Program-made: the position numbers and the translations under genes | NCBI GenBank assembly: GCA_965231155.1 | Contig: OZ246418.1 | Span: 110,850-174,849, forward strand | Source of the DNA: an uncultured Candidatus Saccharibacteria bacterium | GTDB taxonomy: Bacteria > Patescibacteriota > Minisyncoccia > UBA6257 > 2-01-FULL-56-20 | Reading direction: 5' to 3' | DNA: 64,000 bases | The notes under the pieces: model-generated | Told to the model about the DNA's origin: nothing | What the model saw: only the letters and a program-made list of their open reading frames with translations | Databases searched by the model: none | Shown here: positions 9,433-18,197 of the stretch, piece by piece | How the letters are laid out: the number at the start of each line of letters is the position of its first letter | How positions within the stretch are numbered: position 1 is the first letter of the stretch

Positions 9433-9981
9433 ATGAAAAAAATACTTATATACGCTGCTGGGGCGCTCATCATGCTTGTGGGTGGATTCTTCGCCTTGAA
9501 TAGTTATATCTACAAAGAAAAACAGGGGGACCAAAAGCCAGCGCTTAGGCCCCAAGATACGACTTATATTGTAGAAGGAAAAGTAATTCAGTTAGCCGAT
9601 GGTGTTTCTGAAATCGAAGCAGCGCCTGGATCAGCTTCAAAAATAACCACCCGATATTTTGGCAATGAGGCAACCTATGACTTCGACCAGGATGGCCGAC
9701 TCGACACCGCGCATCTCATCACTCAAGAAACGGGAGGTAGTGGTATTTTCTACTATGCCGTCGTTGCGCTCAATAAAGAAACTGGCTATGTCGGATCGTC
9801 AGCCTTTTTCTTAGGAGACCGGATCGCCCCCCAGACAACCGAAGTAAGGCCTGATGGCATGGTGGTGGTCAACTATGCTGAACGAAAACCAGACGAACCA
9901 ATGTCTACTCGTCCATCAATCGGCGTTAGTCGATATCTTGTCTTCACCGATTCTTACCTTAAAGAAGTTTCTGTAAAGTAA
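9433..9981 (+). CDS. Hypothetical exported or membrane-anchored protein.
   Basis: 182 aa with an N-terminal hydrophobic anchor (ILIYAAGALIMLVGGFFAL); no recognised domain. Confidence 0.5.
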   Translation: MKKILIYAAGALIMLVGGFFALNSYIYKEKQGDQKPALRPQDTTYIVEGKVIQLADGVSEIEAAPGSASKITTRYFGNEATYDFDQDGRLDTAHLITQETGGSGIFYYAVVALNKETGYVGSSAFFLGDRIAPQTTEVRPDGMVVVNYAERKPDEPMSTRPSIGVSRYLVFTDSYLKEVSVK

Positions 9982-9982
9982 T

Positions 9983-10015
9983 AAAAAACCGCACACCTCA
10001 CAAATGAGGGGCGGT
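9983..10015 (-). terminator. Rho-independent terminator for the minus-strand gene 10035..10367.
   Basis: Nested hairpin ACCGC-a-CCTCA-caaa-TGAGG-g-GCGGT at 9988..10015, preceded on the plus strand by AAAAAA. That is a T-run after the hairpin when read on the minus strand. Confidence 0.55.
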
Positions 10016-10034
10016 TGATAGAAGTTCAGGGTTA

Positions 10035-10367
10035 CTAGCGACGGACCCAACGACGAGCGCGTTCAGTAGCTTCCCTGATGAGTTCCTTTTGCTGAAGTTC
10101 TCTATATGCCGCTCGAGCGGCAACCTCCTTATTGCGCTTGATCCGAAGATCGATCACCGAGATACCAAGACACTCGGCATCGACTCGGTCTTCCTCGCGT
10201 TGACGAGCTTGATTGGCTCGCTTCCGAATGGAAGCCTTCCTCTGGCCAGGATGACCATGAGTGGCCATGATTTTCCGAGGTTTCAGACTGCCGACTACTG
10301 ATTTTCCAAACATACAAGCACCTCCTCGTGCCACGCTGTTTTTACCATCCCATAAAGGTACCGTCAA
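10035..10367 (-). CDS. Small, very basic hypothetical protein; the start is uncertain.
   Basis: The 110-aa ORF is rich in Arg/Lys (RKRANQARQREEDR...RARRWVRR) and is followed by a terminator. I see no confident family match. Confidence 0.4.
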   Translation of the reverse strand: MTVPLWDGKNSVARGGACMFGKSVVGSLKPRKIMATHGHPGQRKASIRKRANQARQREEDRVDAECLGISVIDLRIKRNKEVAARAAYRELQQKELIREATERARRWVRR

Positions 10368-10406
10368 TTTGTCGACTTTAAAAACAGGTCTTATACTCTA
10401 AAACCA

Positions 10407-11243
10407 ATGTCTCCTAGCACCAAAAAAATCGTCATCTGGATCGTTGGCGCGTTCGCACTTATCGGCTTCATCTTCACGATGGTTTTTATTGCCATGCAGT
10501 TTGGTCTTTTGAATGTCCGAGGCTCGATTAGTGAACGAAACTCTTTCTTCGAGAACACAAAAGATACTCCCTCTTGCACAGACCAGGGAAGAACAATCTG
10601 CGACTGGAACACTACTGCCGAATGGGAAGCGATTAAGGGCGGACTCCTCAAAGATGAATCAATCATCTCTCGAGTAAGCACTGAAACGGGAGTTGCAGAA
10701 CGGATGATTGTGGCCGTAGTGGTGCCTGAGCAAACCCGCTTTTTTACTTCCGAACGAGAAGAGTTTAAAAGATATTTCGAACCACTAAAGATTCTCGGCT
10801 CCCTCTCTCAGTTCTCTCTAGGCGTTTCGGGTATTAAACAAGAAACTGCGAGACTGATAGAAGCCTACGCGGCCAGCACTACTTCTCCTTTTTATCCTGG
10901 GACAGGTATGGCCGAACTGATTCGATACTCCGCAACAACTACGAATCACGATACAGAACTCTACAACCGCCTGACCGACTCGAAAAATCACTACTACTCG
11001 TATCTCTATACCGCGCTTTATATCAAAGAAATCGAATCTCAGTGGGAAAAAGCGGGATATGACGTGAGTAAAAAACCAGAAGTGATCGTCACCCTCTTTA
11101 ATATTGGGTTTCAGGGATCAAATCCCAATCCCCAACCAAAAACTGGTGGGGCGATTATTACAGTTGGTGGGAAGCAGTATACTTATGGAGAACTGGGAAG
11201 TGCTTTTTACTTCTCCGACGAACTGCCCGAATTTACACGGTAA
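10407..11243 (+). CDS. Hypothetical membrane-anchored, likely extracytoplasmic protein.
   Basis: 278 aa; N-terminal transmembrane helix (IVIWIVGAFALIGFIFTMVFIAM) followed by a soluble domain; no recognised family. Confidence 0.5.
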   Translation: MSPSTKKIVIWIVGAFALIGFIFTMVFIAMQFGLLNVRGSISERNSFFENTKDTPSCTDQGRTICDWNTTAEWEAIKGGLLKDESIISRVSTETGVAERMIVAVVVPEQTRFFTSEREEFKRYFEPLKILGSLSQFSLGVSGIKQETARLIEAYAASTTSPFYPGTGMAELIRYSATTTNHDTELYNRLTDSKNHYYSYLYTALYIKEIESQWEKAGYDVSKKPEVIVTLFNIGFQGSNPNPQPKTGGAIITVGGKQYTYGELGSAFYFSDELPEFTR

Positions 11244-11263
11244 CAATTCGTCTTCCCCTTCTC

Positions 11264-11482
11264 ATGAAGCTATCTATTACCGTAAAACCAAATTCGAAAA
11301 GAGAAACGATTAATCAGATAGACGAGACACATCTGGAGATCTGGACCAACTCCCCTGCAACTGAAGGTAAGGCGAATGCAGCGGTCATCATCGCCTTGGC
11401 TAAACACTTAAAGATTCCGAAATCAAGAATTAGCATTGTGAATGGCTTGAAATCGAAAAAGAAAGTAGTAGAAATTACCTAG
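11264..11482 (+). CDS. DUF167 (YggU) family protein.
   Basis: 72 aa: MKLSITVKPNSKRETI...EGKANAAVIIALAKHLKIPKSRISIVNG resembles YggU (KPNAK...GKAN..L...LA......I..G). Confidence 0.65.
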   Translation: MKLSITVKPNSKRETINQIDETHLEIWTNSPATEGKANAAVIIALAKHLKIPKSRISIVNGLKSKKKVVEIT

Positions 11483-11483
11483 C

Positions 11484-11741
11484 GTGCCCTACTTTGTTTA
11501 TATTCTCCAGTGTGCTGATCAAAGTCTCTATACAGGAATCACCACTGACCTGAAGCGACGACTCCAGGAACATAAAGATGGAAAGGGTGGTGGCTATACC
11601 CGAGGACATTCTGCCGTTCGAATGATCTATAAAGAAGAACTTGCCACTCGAAGCCTAGCCCTCAAGCGTGAAGCCGAGATCAAAACCTGGAAACGAGAGA
11701 AGAAACTACAGTTGATTAAATCTGCCAAGAAGATAGGATAG
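11484..11741 (+). CDS. Stand-alone GIY-YIG nuclease-family protein.
   Basis: YFVYILQCADQSLYTGITTDLKRRLQEHKDGKG...TWKREKKLQLI is the GIY-YIG signature (YILQC...LYTG...R..EH). Confidence 0.75.
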   Translation: MPYFVYILQCADQSLYTGITTDLKRRLQEHKDGKGGGYTRGHSAVRMIYKEELATRSLALKREAEIKTWKREKKLQLIKSAKKIG

Positions 11742-11745
11742 AAAA

Positions 11746-12198
11746 ATGATTCCCCAAGATATTTTTGACTATTTAAGAACTCAACACATCTGCGTGCTCT
11801 CGGTGGAAATGCTTGATGGATCACCCCACGCAGCAACAGTTCACTTTGCGCACACCGAAGATCCATTTCTTTTCTTTTTCGAAACCTATCGCGACTACCG
11901 AAAAGCTGAACCACTTTTTGGCCGAGAAATCACCCGGGCCTCAATGGTTGTTGGTTGTGACGAAAACAACATGAAAACTCTACAGCTTGATGGTAATGTT
12001 CGCCTGATTCAACCGGAGGATAAACAAAAATTTGAAATAGTGTATCTGGAAAAATTCCCCAAGAAAAAAGAAAAGTCCATGGACCCGAAATTTGTGCCGT
12101 TTCTTTTCACTCCGACTTGGTGGCGCTTTACTGACTGGACCAGGCCAGAGGGGAAGATAATCCTTGTTTCCGACCAAAATGAGAAGACTAGGCAATAG
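11746..12198 (+). CDS. Pyridoxamine 5'-phosphate oxidase-like (FMN-binding split-barrel) protein.
   Basis: 150 aa: ICVLSVEMLDGSPHAATVHFAH..FLFFFETYRDYRKAEPLFGREITRASMVV... matches the PNPOx-like fold pattern. Confidence 0.55.
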   Translation: MIPQDIFDYLRTQHICVLSVEMLDGSPHAATVHFAHTEDPFLFFFETYRDYRKAEPLFGREITRASMVVGCDENNMKTLQLDGNVRLIQPEDKQKFEIVYLEKFPKKKEKSMDPKFVPFLFTPTWWRFTDWTRPEGKIILVSDQNEKTRQ

Positions 12199-12214
12199 CT
12201 GAAAATGGTATAGA

Positions 12215-12661
12215 ATGGAAGGTATGAAAAAAATCATTCAGGGAGTCATCCTCCTTTTAGTACTGCTTTTAATTGGTTTTGGTATCTATAGCTACCAGCA
12301 GGGTGCGAACTCACCGCTCCCGAACCCGATGGTCTCAAACACAGTCTACTCCTGGATGTTCACTGAGTTAGGAGAAGATAAAACCACAGGAATCCCAATG
12401 ACCAAGATGGGTCTCCAAACAGGAGGTAAGACCTATGAACTGGGAACATATCAGGGTAGTTGTACTGAAATTACTCAGTCGGCCTGGAAGCTCTTACCAA
12501 ATGAGAGAACGGGCGTCATCTGTTGGCATGCAGGCGCTGGTAAAGAAATTGGCGTCTTTGAAGAAAATGGAGTTCGATCGATTAGAGTTGGCGATTTAGA
12601 CGAAGGTACTGCAGAAAATGCAGGAACTCGTGGAAGCTTTGTCATCCGAGAAACTCTTTAA
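12215..12661 (+). CDS. Hypothetical secreted or membrane-anchored protein.
   Basis: 148 aa with an N-terminal hydrophobic segment (IIQGVILLLVLLLIGFGIY); no recognised domain. Confidence 0.45.
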   Translation: MEGMKKIIQGVILLLVLLLIGFGIYSYQQGANSPLPNPMVSNTVYSWMFTELGEDKTTGIPMTKMGLQTGGKTYELGTYQGSCTEITQSAWKLLPNERTGVICWHAGAGKEIGVFEENGVRSIRVGDLDEGTAENAGTRGSFVIRETL

Positions 12662-13207
12662 ATGGAAATAGAGAACGGGAAATACTACGAACTCGGTCCA
12701 CGAACCTACTGGTTGATGCTTTTGGAGTGGAGCGGTGGCACGGTTATTCTCCTGCTTCTCGCACTCTCATTCCAACTGGCAAGAATTTTTATTGTGCTAC
12801 CTTTTATAACGGTAGCGTTTCTCAACTTCTTCACCCAAATCGCCCTGGGATTAGCCATCCTCGCTCAACTTCTAGCATTCTTTATGACCTGGCTTCAGTA
12901 TGGAGTATGTCGAGTGATGCTTGATACCGTCTCTCTCCGTATCGTTCGAGGCTTAATTAGTAAGCATGAGATGGCTCTCCCCTTTCGGCGCATCCAGAGC
13001 GTAGAAATCCAACAAAATCCAGTTCAAAGAATTTTTGGAATCGGCCATCTGGTTATTTCCACCACTACCGACCTCGATCATCCTGGCGAACGGAAAGATC
13101 TTTCTGAGCAAGAAATTATCTCAATGATGGACTACAACCTGGCGCAGGCTGTGGCCAGTACGCTCACTCACCGAGCTGAAGTTGAGCGTATGAGAATGGA
13201 AAAATAA
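12662..13207 (+). CDS. Membrane protein with a bacterial PH (bPH_2/YdbS-like) domain.
   Basis: Two transmembrane helices, then ...FRRIQSVEIQQNPVQRIFGIGHLVISTTTD..., which is typical of bPH_2. Confidence 0.5.
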   Translation: MEIENGKYYELGPRTYWLMLLEWSGGTVILLLLALSFQLARIFIVLPFITVAFLNFFTQIALGLAILAQLLAFFMTWLQYGVCRVMLDTVSLRIVRGLISKHEMALPFRRIQSVEIQQNPVQRIFGIGHLVISTTTDLDHPGERKDLSEQEIISMMDYNLAQAVASTLTHRAEVERMRMEK

Positions 13208-13378
13208 CATTCCTATTCAACAATGCGTATTAAATGGAATGAAGTAACTTGGTACTCAAAAATTCTAGCTATTATTCTCTTTGTTGGTGTCTTCTGGCTT
13301 GGATTTTATCTTGGACAGAAATATGGCTTTACACAAGGAGTTCTCGAAGGAACGCCCGAAGTGAGACTCTAGGCAAAA

Positions 13379-13861
13379 ATGTGGCTCACTATTGCCCTCA
13401 CAAAAATATCGCCCACACATCATCGATTCGAATACCATGGAGAAAATGGTGCGGGCGAGTCTCTTGAGTTGGAAACTAAAACCTTCCTCTTTCACGACCT
13501 CCTCCACTTCGCAGTAGAAACAGAAGCGAAACTTCAAAACTCTTTTTACGGATTACTCGCAAAAAGCAAAAACTACGCCTCACTTTCTGAGACCCCAGAA
13601 ATCTTAGGTTTCCAAGCACATGAGATCGCCGTCACCGAACGTGTAGTTGGAGCTCTTACTAGCGTCATCAAAGGAAGCAATCAACCCGATCGTTTTATTC
13701 TGATGATGGAAAATATGTTAGAGGCTACCCAGGAACCTCTCCCCTCCTGGCTAACTCAAGAATTTGTCATTCGCGTTCAGGAGCGTATGCGAAAACTCCT
13801 CGGTCAGTGGCACGGTACACCCTTCGGAAAGACCATGGAACTCACCATAGAGATTCTCTAA
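13379..13861 (+). CDS. Hypothetical protein.
   Basis: 160-aa ORF with coding-like composition; no motif recognised. Confidence 0.4.
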   Translation: MWLTIALTKISPTHHRFEYHGENGAGESLELETKTFLFHDLLHFAVETEAKLQNSFYGLLAKSKNYASLSETPEILGFQAHEIAVTERVVGALTSVIKGSNQPDRFILMMENMLEATQEPLPSWLTQEFVIRVQERMRKLLGQWHGTPFGKTMELTIEIL

Positions 13862-13883
13862 TTGATTCGTTATAATACTCAGT

Positions 13884-14501
13884 ATGAATAAAAATATATT
13901 ATTTGCAGTAGTCGGCGTGGTGGTTGTAATCGCGGGAGCTGGCCTCTATCTCACGAATAAACCGTCAGGAATGAATCTAGGAACAGAAGGTTCACTGAAG
14001 AACCTCCTCGCCTTTCAAGGGTCACAGAAATGTACCCTCGACAGTCAGTCGGGCCTCGCAGATTCAACCGGTGAGGTATATATCTCCTATGGCAAGATGC
14101 GCGGAGACTTCATCTCCACTGCTCAGGGACAGACTATTAAAAGCCATATGGTTATTAACGGAAACACGAGCTACGTCTGGACCGATATGTTAAACCAAGG
14201 ATTCAAAATTCCTCTTGAAAAAATGACTGCTGCAGGAGCAGATCAGAAGCAAGGTGTTGATTTAAACCAATCACTCAGGTATTCCTGCGCTCCCTGGGTC
14301 GAAGATGCGACACTCCTCACTCCGCCAATCGATATACAATTCAACGATATGAGTTCGATGATGAACCAAGTGACTTCTCCAATAAATCAAAAAGCAAACA
14401 ATAGTACTGCAAGCTCTCTTCAGGCTCAGTGTGGCGCATGCGACCAAGCCCCAGATGCTACAGTCAAAGCTCAGTGTCGTGCGGTTCTCGGGTGTAAGTA
14501 A
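13884..14501 (+). CDS. Hypothetical secreted protein with a cysteine-containing C-terminus.
   Basis: 205 aa; signal-anchor-like N-terminus (ILFAVVGVVVVIAGAGLYL); C-terminal QAQCGACDQAPDATVKAQCRAVLGCK. Confidence 0.45.
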   Translation: MNKNILFAVVGVVVVIAGAGLYLTNKPSGMNLGTEGSLKNLLAFQGSQKCTLDSQSGLADSTGEVYISYGKMRGDFISTAQGQTIKSHMVINGNTSYVWTDMLNQGFKIPLEKMTAAGADQKQGVDLNQSLRYSCAPWVEDATLLTPPIDIQFNDMSSMMNQVTSPINQKANNSTASSLQAQCGACDQAPDATVKAQCRAVLGCK

Positions 14502-14526
14502 AAAATATCTATTGAGAAAATAAAAA

Positions 14527-14567
14527 AGCGCCGACCTTATAGGCTGGCGCTGATAAACTTTTTTTTC
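14527..14567. terminator. Bidirectional rho-independent terminator between the convergent genes 13884..14501 (+) and 14537..15628 (-).
   Basis: Imperfect hairpin AGCGCCGACC-ttat-AGGCTGGCGCT at 14527..14551, flanked by an A-run upstream and TTTTTTTT (14559..14567) downstream. Confidence 0.6.
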
Positions 14568-15628
14568 GTTGGACGGCTGACCCCAAAATCGATACCGGTC
14601 AACAAGCCCAAGCGTCGCAACGACTCCCGAGAAGTCATCACACTCTGCTGAACAGAGAAGATGACAACCAAGGGATCGCTGGCTTTTAAGCACATCGAAA
14701 CGAACCAGGCGTAATCACCAGCGGTAGCCGTGCCGTTCGCTACCCATGAACCAATGATGATCATCGCAGTCGCCTTCCAGGTCAGTGCAATAATTCCCCT
14801 AACTGGAAGCTGGTAGATGAGACGCCACGTTTCGGCCTCTCTGGTGGCTCGAACATACCTCTGCCACCACGATCGGCAATCTTCGATCGTTCGTTCCTTT
14901 TGAAAGTGGGCTGGATCGTAAACCAAGAACTCATGCTCTCGGATCTGGAACATGGCTTCGTTCTTTGAGGCGTATGGCCTTTTCAGTTCTTCGTCCATAA
15001 GAAGGATCACGAAGAGGTCTGCCACCATTCCACAGAAAACGACCAGTAAGAGGGTTGGGCTCATCCAACCAAGTATTCCTATAAGGACGAATCCTCTAAG
15101 AATAAATACTGGGTCGCGGAAAAGCATCTCCGTGAGATTCAAGGCTACCAACCTACCCTCTTGAGCAATTGGTGCCTCTCGCCCACTCACCTCTCCATCT
15201 GCCCGATCTGAGCCTGCCTGCAAACAAAGGAGGCTCAGATGTTTTTCGAAATAAGGCCGAAAGTTCCTGGCCAAGTAGAGATCTCGAAAAAACGGTACGA
15301 TGATGCTGTGTGGAGCATCGATCATAACGATGGAAATCATGACTAGTGCCAGAACCTGGAAAAACGACGCTCCCGGAAACTGATCCACGCCCCATTTAAA
15401 GATGAGGGGCTGAATGGCGTCCCAAAGAGCAGCCAAGGCATTCATCAAGAAGATAATGCCAGTCTGTCTTCGGAAGGGTTGTGCGAGAATCAGGAGCCCG
15501 GAAATGATTCCTGGAACCTCCGTCCTCCATTCGTGCGCCCGTCGGAAGACGAGCGAAAGAACGAGCATGAGCCTCTCCAGGAGTCGACGAGGCATCTGCC
15601 GAATTCTGCGAAGCAGTCTCTCTTTCAT
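14537..15628 (-). CDS. Polytopic integral membrane protein of unknown function.
   Basis: 363 aa with many hydrophobic helices; no confident family assignment. Confidence 0.45.
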   Translation of the reverse strand: MKERLLRRIRQMPRRLLERLMLVLSLVFRRAHEWRTEVPGIISGLLILAQPFRRQTGIIFLMNALAALWDAIQPLIFKWGVDQFPGASFFQVLALVMISIVMIDAPHSIIVPFFRDLYLARNFRPYFEKHLSLLCLQAGSDRADGEVSGREAPIAQEGRLVALNLTEMLFRDPVFILRGFVLIGILGWMSPTLLLVVFCGMVADLFVILLMDEELKRPYASKNEAMFQIREHEFLVYDPAHFQKERTIEDCRSWWQRYVRATREAETWRLIYQLPVRGIIALTWKATAMIIIGSWVANGTATAGDYAWFVSMCLKASDPLVVIFSVQQSVMTSRESLRRLGLLTGIDFGVSRPTKKKFISASL

Positions 15629-15734
15629 TTCCCACCTTCCTCATGGATTACTCAAGAAGCTTCCCTACTTATATGAAATTAGGCTGGGTCACGCAAGCCA
15701 TTCGTCATAAGGCAAGAAATTCGTTGTATAATAA

Positions 15735-17024
15735 GTGACAATGGATTTACCCAAAAAACGATGGCAATGGACTCCTCGATTTCTCAAGGCTCTTGGCCCA
15801 GGTGTGGTTACTGGCGCCGCTGACAACGACCCCTCTGGTATCGCCACCTACTCCCAAGCAGGTGCCCAGTTTGGTTATGGTCTGCTCTGGGCGATCCCCC
15901 TCCTCTATCCCTTAATGACCGCAGTGCAGGAAGCCTCAGCACGTATTGGTGCTGTGAAGAAAAAAGGTATCGCAGCGGTAACCAAAGATCATTATCCAAA
16001 AACGATACTTTACGCCATCATCAGCTTAATTTTTATCGCCAACACCATCAATATCGGTGCAGATATTGGCGCAATGGCAGCCTCTCTCGAGCTCGTGATA
16101 CCAGTTCCTTTTGCAGTGGGCATCTTCCTTTTCACTGCCATTATGTTAATCAGCGAAATCTTCATTCCCTACAGGAACTACATCAAACTACTCAAATGGT
16201 TAGTCGTGATTATGTTGGTCTACCCAATCACCATGCTTCTTGTAAATGAACCCTGGGGAGAAATTATTCAAGCCACTTTCATTCCTCACATAGAGATCAC
16301 TCCCGCCTTCCTCTTTGTGCTCACCGGCATCATCGGCACAACTATCTCTCCATACATGTTTTTCTGGCAAGCCTCCGAAGAAGTAGAGGATCAGATCTTG
16401 AGTGGTGAGATTTCGAAATCCTCAGTCAGTCCGCAGTTTATAAAAGATATGCGATTCGATAACGCCTTTGGCATGCTCTTCTCCCAACTTGTCACCTGGT
16501 CAATTATTGTGGTTACTGGGACCGTGCTTCACCAAAATGGGGTCACCAATATTACCAGTGCGGCCGATGCGGCAAGGGCGATAGAACCGCTGGTCAATAC
16601 CTTCCCCGGTTCGGGCTTCCTTGCCCAGCTAATCTTTGCCGTGGGTATTATTGGTCTTGGACTTCTCTCTGTACCAATTCTCGCCGGCTCAGCCGCCTAT
16701 GCGATCGCCGAAGCATTCAACTGGCATGAAGGACTCTACAAAAAACTTCGGGAGGCTCACGGATTTTATGGAGTAATTATTCTTTCTATGCTCCTGGGAC
16801 TATGCATGAACTTTATTGGCATTGATCCAATCCAAGCATTAATCATCACCGCGGTAATTAACGCCGTTGTCTCTATCCCGCTCATCTTCCTCATCATTTC
16901 AATTTCTTCGAACAAAGAAATTATGGGTCATCATGCAAGTGGGCTACTATCAAAGACTTTCTTATGGTTGACCTTCATTGTCATCGTCGGTTCGGCTGTG
17001 GCAACGATGGCCACGATACTTTAA
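15735..17024 (+). CDS. mntH: NRAMP-family divalent metal (Mn2+/Fe2+) transporter. The likely true start is the ATG at 15741.
   Basis: GPGVVTGAADNDPSGIATYSQAGAQFGYGLLW is the NRAMP signature, and the protein has about 11 transmembrane helices. Confidence 0.85.
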   Translation: MTMDLPKKRWQWTPRFLKALGPGVVTGAADNDPSGIATYSQAGAQFGYGLLWAIPLLYPLMTAVQEASARIGAVKKKGIAAVTKDHYPKTILYAIISLIFIANTINIGADIGAMAASLELVIPVPFAVGIFLFTAIMLISEIFIPYRNYIKLLKWLVVIMLVYPITMLLVNEPWGEIIQATFIPHIEITPAFLFVLTGIIGTTISPYMFFWQASEEVEDQILSGEISKSSVSPQFIKDMRFDNAFGMLFSQLVTWSIIVVTGTVLHQNGVTNITSAADAARAIEPLVNTFPGSGFLAQLIFAVGIIGLGLLSVPILAGSAAYAIAEAFNWHEGLYKKLREAHGFYGVIILSMLLGLCMNFIGIDPIQALIITAVINAVVSIPLIFLIISISSNKEIMGHHASGLLSKTFLWLTFIVIVGSAVATMATIL

Positions 17025-17052
17025 AAAACTAATTCGAAAACCCGGTTTTAAT

Positions 17053-17080
17053 TGACATGGTTATTCCTATGTGTTATAAA
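17053..17080 (+). promoter_or_regulatory. Near-consensus sigma70-type promoter for 17118..17411.
   Basis: TTGACA (17053..17058), a 16-nt spacer, then TGt-TATAAA (extended -10; TATAAA at 17075..17080). A GAGGTGAAG ribosome-binding-site-like sequence sits about 8 nt before the ATG at 17118. Confidence 0.5.
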
Positions 17081-17117
17081 AAATATAGTCCTACTTTATC
17101 TGTGAGGTGAAGAAGAT

Positions 17118-17411
17118 ATGTTGCATGAAGTGATTGCATCCCACCTAGAGGATGCCCATGTTTCTCCGGGAAGCCACTCCGGAAATTTCGAGATCCGAAC
17201 GAGAGAGAAGGTAACGCACGACTTTCTCTTGGAAATCGTCCGGCGATACTATTCGGGCCAGGGGAAGCAGCTGATCGGCAACGATCCGCTCCCCCTTGGA
17301 TTCCGGGTGTACGACGGAAAAACGCTCCTGGGGATGCTCGCGATTACCAACGCGACGACATGGGACGATCCCATGAGTCGCAAAATCATGGGGACTTTCA
17401 GCCCCCATTGA
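17118..17411 (+). CDS. Small hypothetical protein, noticeably more GC-rich than its neighbours.
   Basis: The 97-aa ORF is bracketed by a strong promoter and a terminator. No domain recognised. Confidence 0.4.
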   Translation: MLHEVIASHLEDAHVSPGSHSGNFEIRTREKVTHDFLLEIVRRYYSGQGKQLIGNDPLPLGFRVYDGKTLLGMLAITNATTWDDPMSRKIMGTFSPH

Positions 17412-17435
17412 ACCTCCGTGACATGGAGACACTTC

Positions 17436-17478
17436 GCCCGTCTTACCAACTCTGGTAGGCGGGCTTTTTATTTCTTTG
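17436..17478 (+). terminator. Rho-independent terminator after 17118..17411.
   Basis: Hairpin GCCCGtcttACC-aactct-GGTaggCGGGC at 17436..17465, followed by TTTTTATTTCTTTG. Confidence 0.55.
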
Positions 17479-18109
17479 ATTTATTTTTTAAACCTCCCCT
17501 CGTCCACTCGGTCATTTTACCGGCTTCAATCTCCACTGGATCGGCGCGTCGCAATTTTCTCTCTTGATTTTTCTGCAATATAGGAGAATGGAACGAGTCA
17601 TCAAGATCCTCGGGGATAGCCCAGAGATTATCCTCGGAGGTCAACCAACTATCTTCATAAGCCAGAAGACTGAACGGCCGAGAGTAGCTCCGCAAAGTCT
17701 TCCTCCCATCATCCAAGAAGTATTCATGGAAATAAGACAAAGCTAGTTCTCGTATGGTTTTGAAAATCGGTTCACGATACCGTAAAACTGCGTGATTCGT
17801 CTTACTCACCGCCCCCCACCGTCCTCGGTCTCTAAACAAAGCCACTACATGATCCATATCTGGTTCTGCGGTCTTTAGATCAAGGAGGAGCGGTCTTTCT
17901 CCGTGATACCAAAAAATAGCCGCCCCGAGCATCGCTCCCTCCATGCAGTGTGCCTTTCTTCTTTTCAAAATTGCGAGTGGCGAATGACACGTCTCTCCAT
18001 CATCTTCGAAATTCACGAAGAGATCATTGAGAAAGTCTTGAATTTTTGCTGGCGAGTTGAGACTTTGAAAGACTTCAAACTCTGGATTCTGAGCGGGAAA
18101 CTTTCTCAT
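17468..18109 (-). CDS. Hypothetical protein, possibly transglutaminase-like/papain-fold with a Cys-His pair (weak).
   Basis: ...KAHCMEGAMLGAAIFWYHGERPLLLDL...DHVVALF..RGRWGAVS... resembles transglutaminase-like cores (C.E.A.L....G.P.R......H). Pattern-level only. Confidence 0.35.
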   Translation of the reverse strand: MRKFPAQNPEFEVFQSLNSPAKIQDFLNDLFVNFEDDGETCHSPLAILKRRKAHCMEGAMLGAAIFWYHGERPLLLDLKTAEPDMDHVVALFRDRGRWGAVSKTNHAVLRYREPIFKTIRELALSYFHEYFLDDGRKTLRSYSRPFSLLAYEDSWLTSEDNLWAIPEDLDDSFHSPILQKNQERKLRRADPVEIEAGKMTEWTRGGLKNKSKK

Positions 18110-18197
18110 ATATGAACCTATTATACCTTAAAAGCTCTACGGAAAAGATGATTTTTATGATAAACTAGGCGGGTATTCCAGATTCTTTATAGGAATT

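Noticed and set aside
10035-10367. A ribosomal protein (bS21-like) call for the small basic ORF.
   Set aside because: The basic composition is suggestive, but I could not match conserved S21, L34 or L35 motifs, so I left it as hypothetical.
15153-15710. ORFs 15153..15395 (-), 15396..15644 (-), 15414..15710 (+) and 15479..15676 (+) around the end of the membrane-protein gene.
   Set aside because: They are Arg/Ser/Pro-rich translations overlapping the 14537..15628 gene and its upstream region, with no domain signals. They are likely non-coding shadow ORFs.
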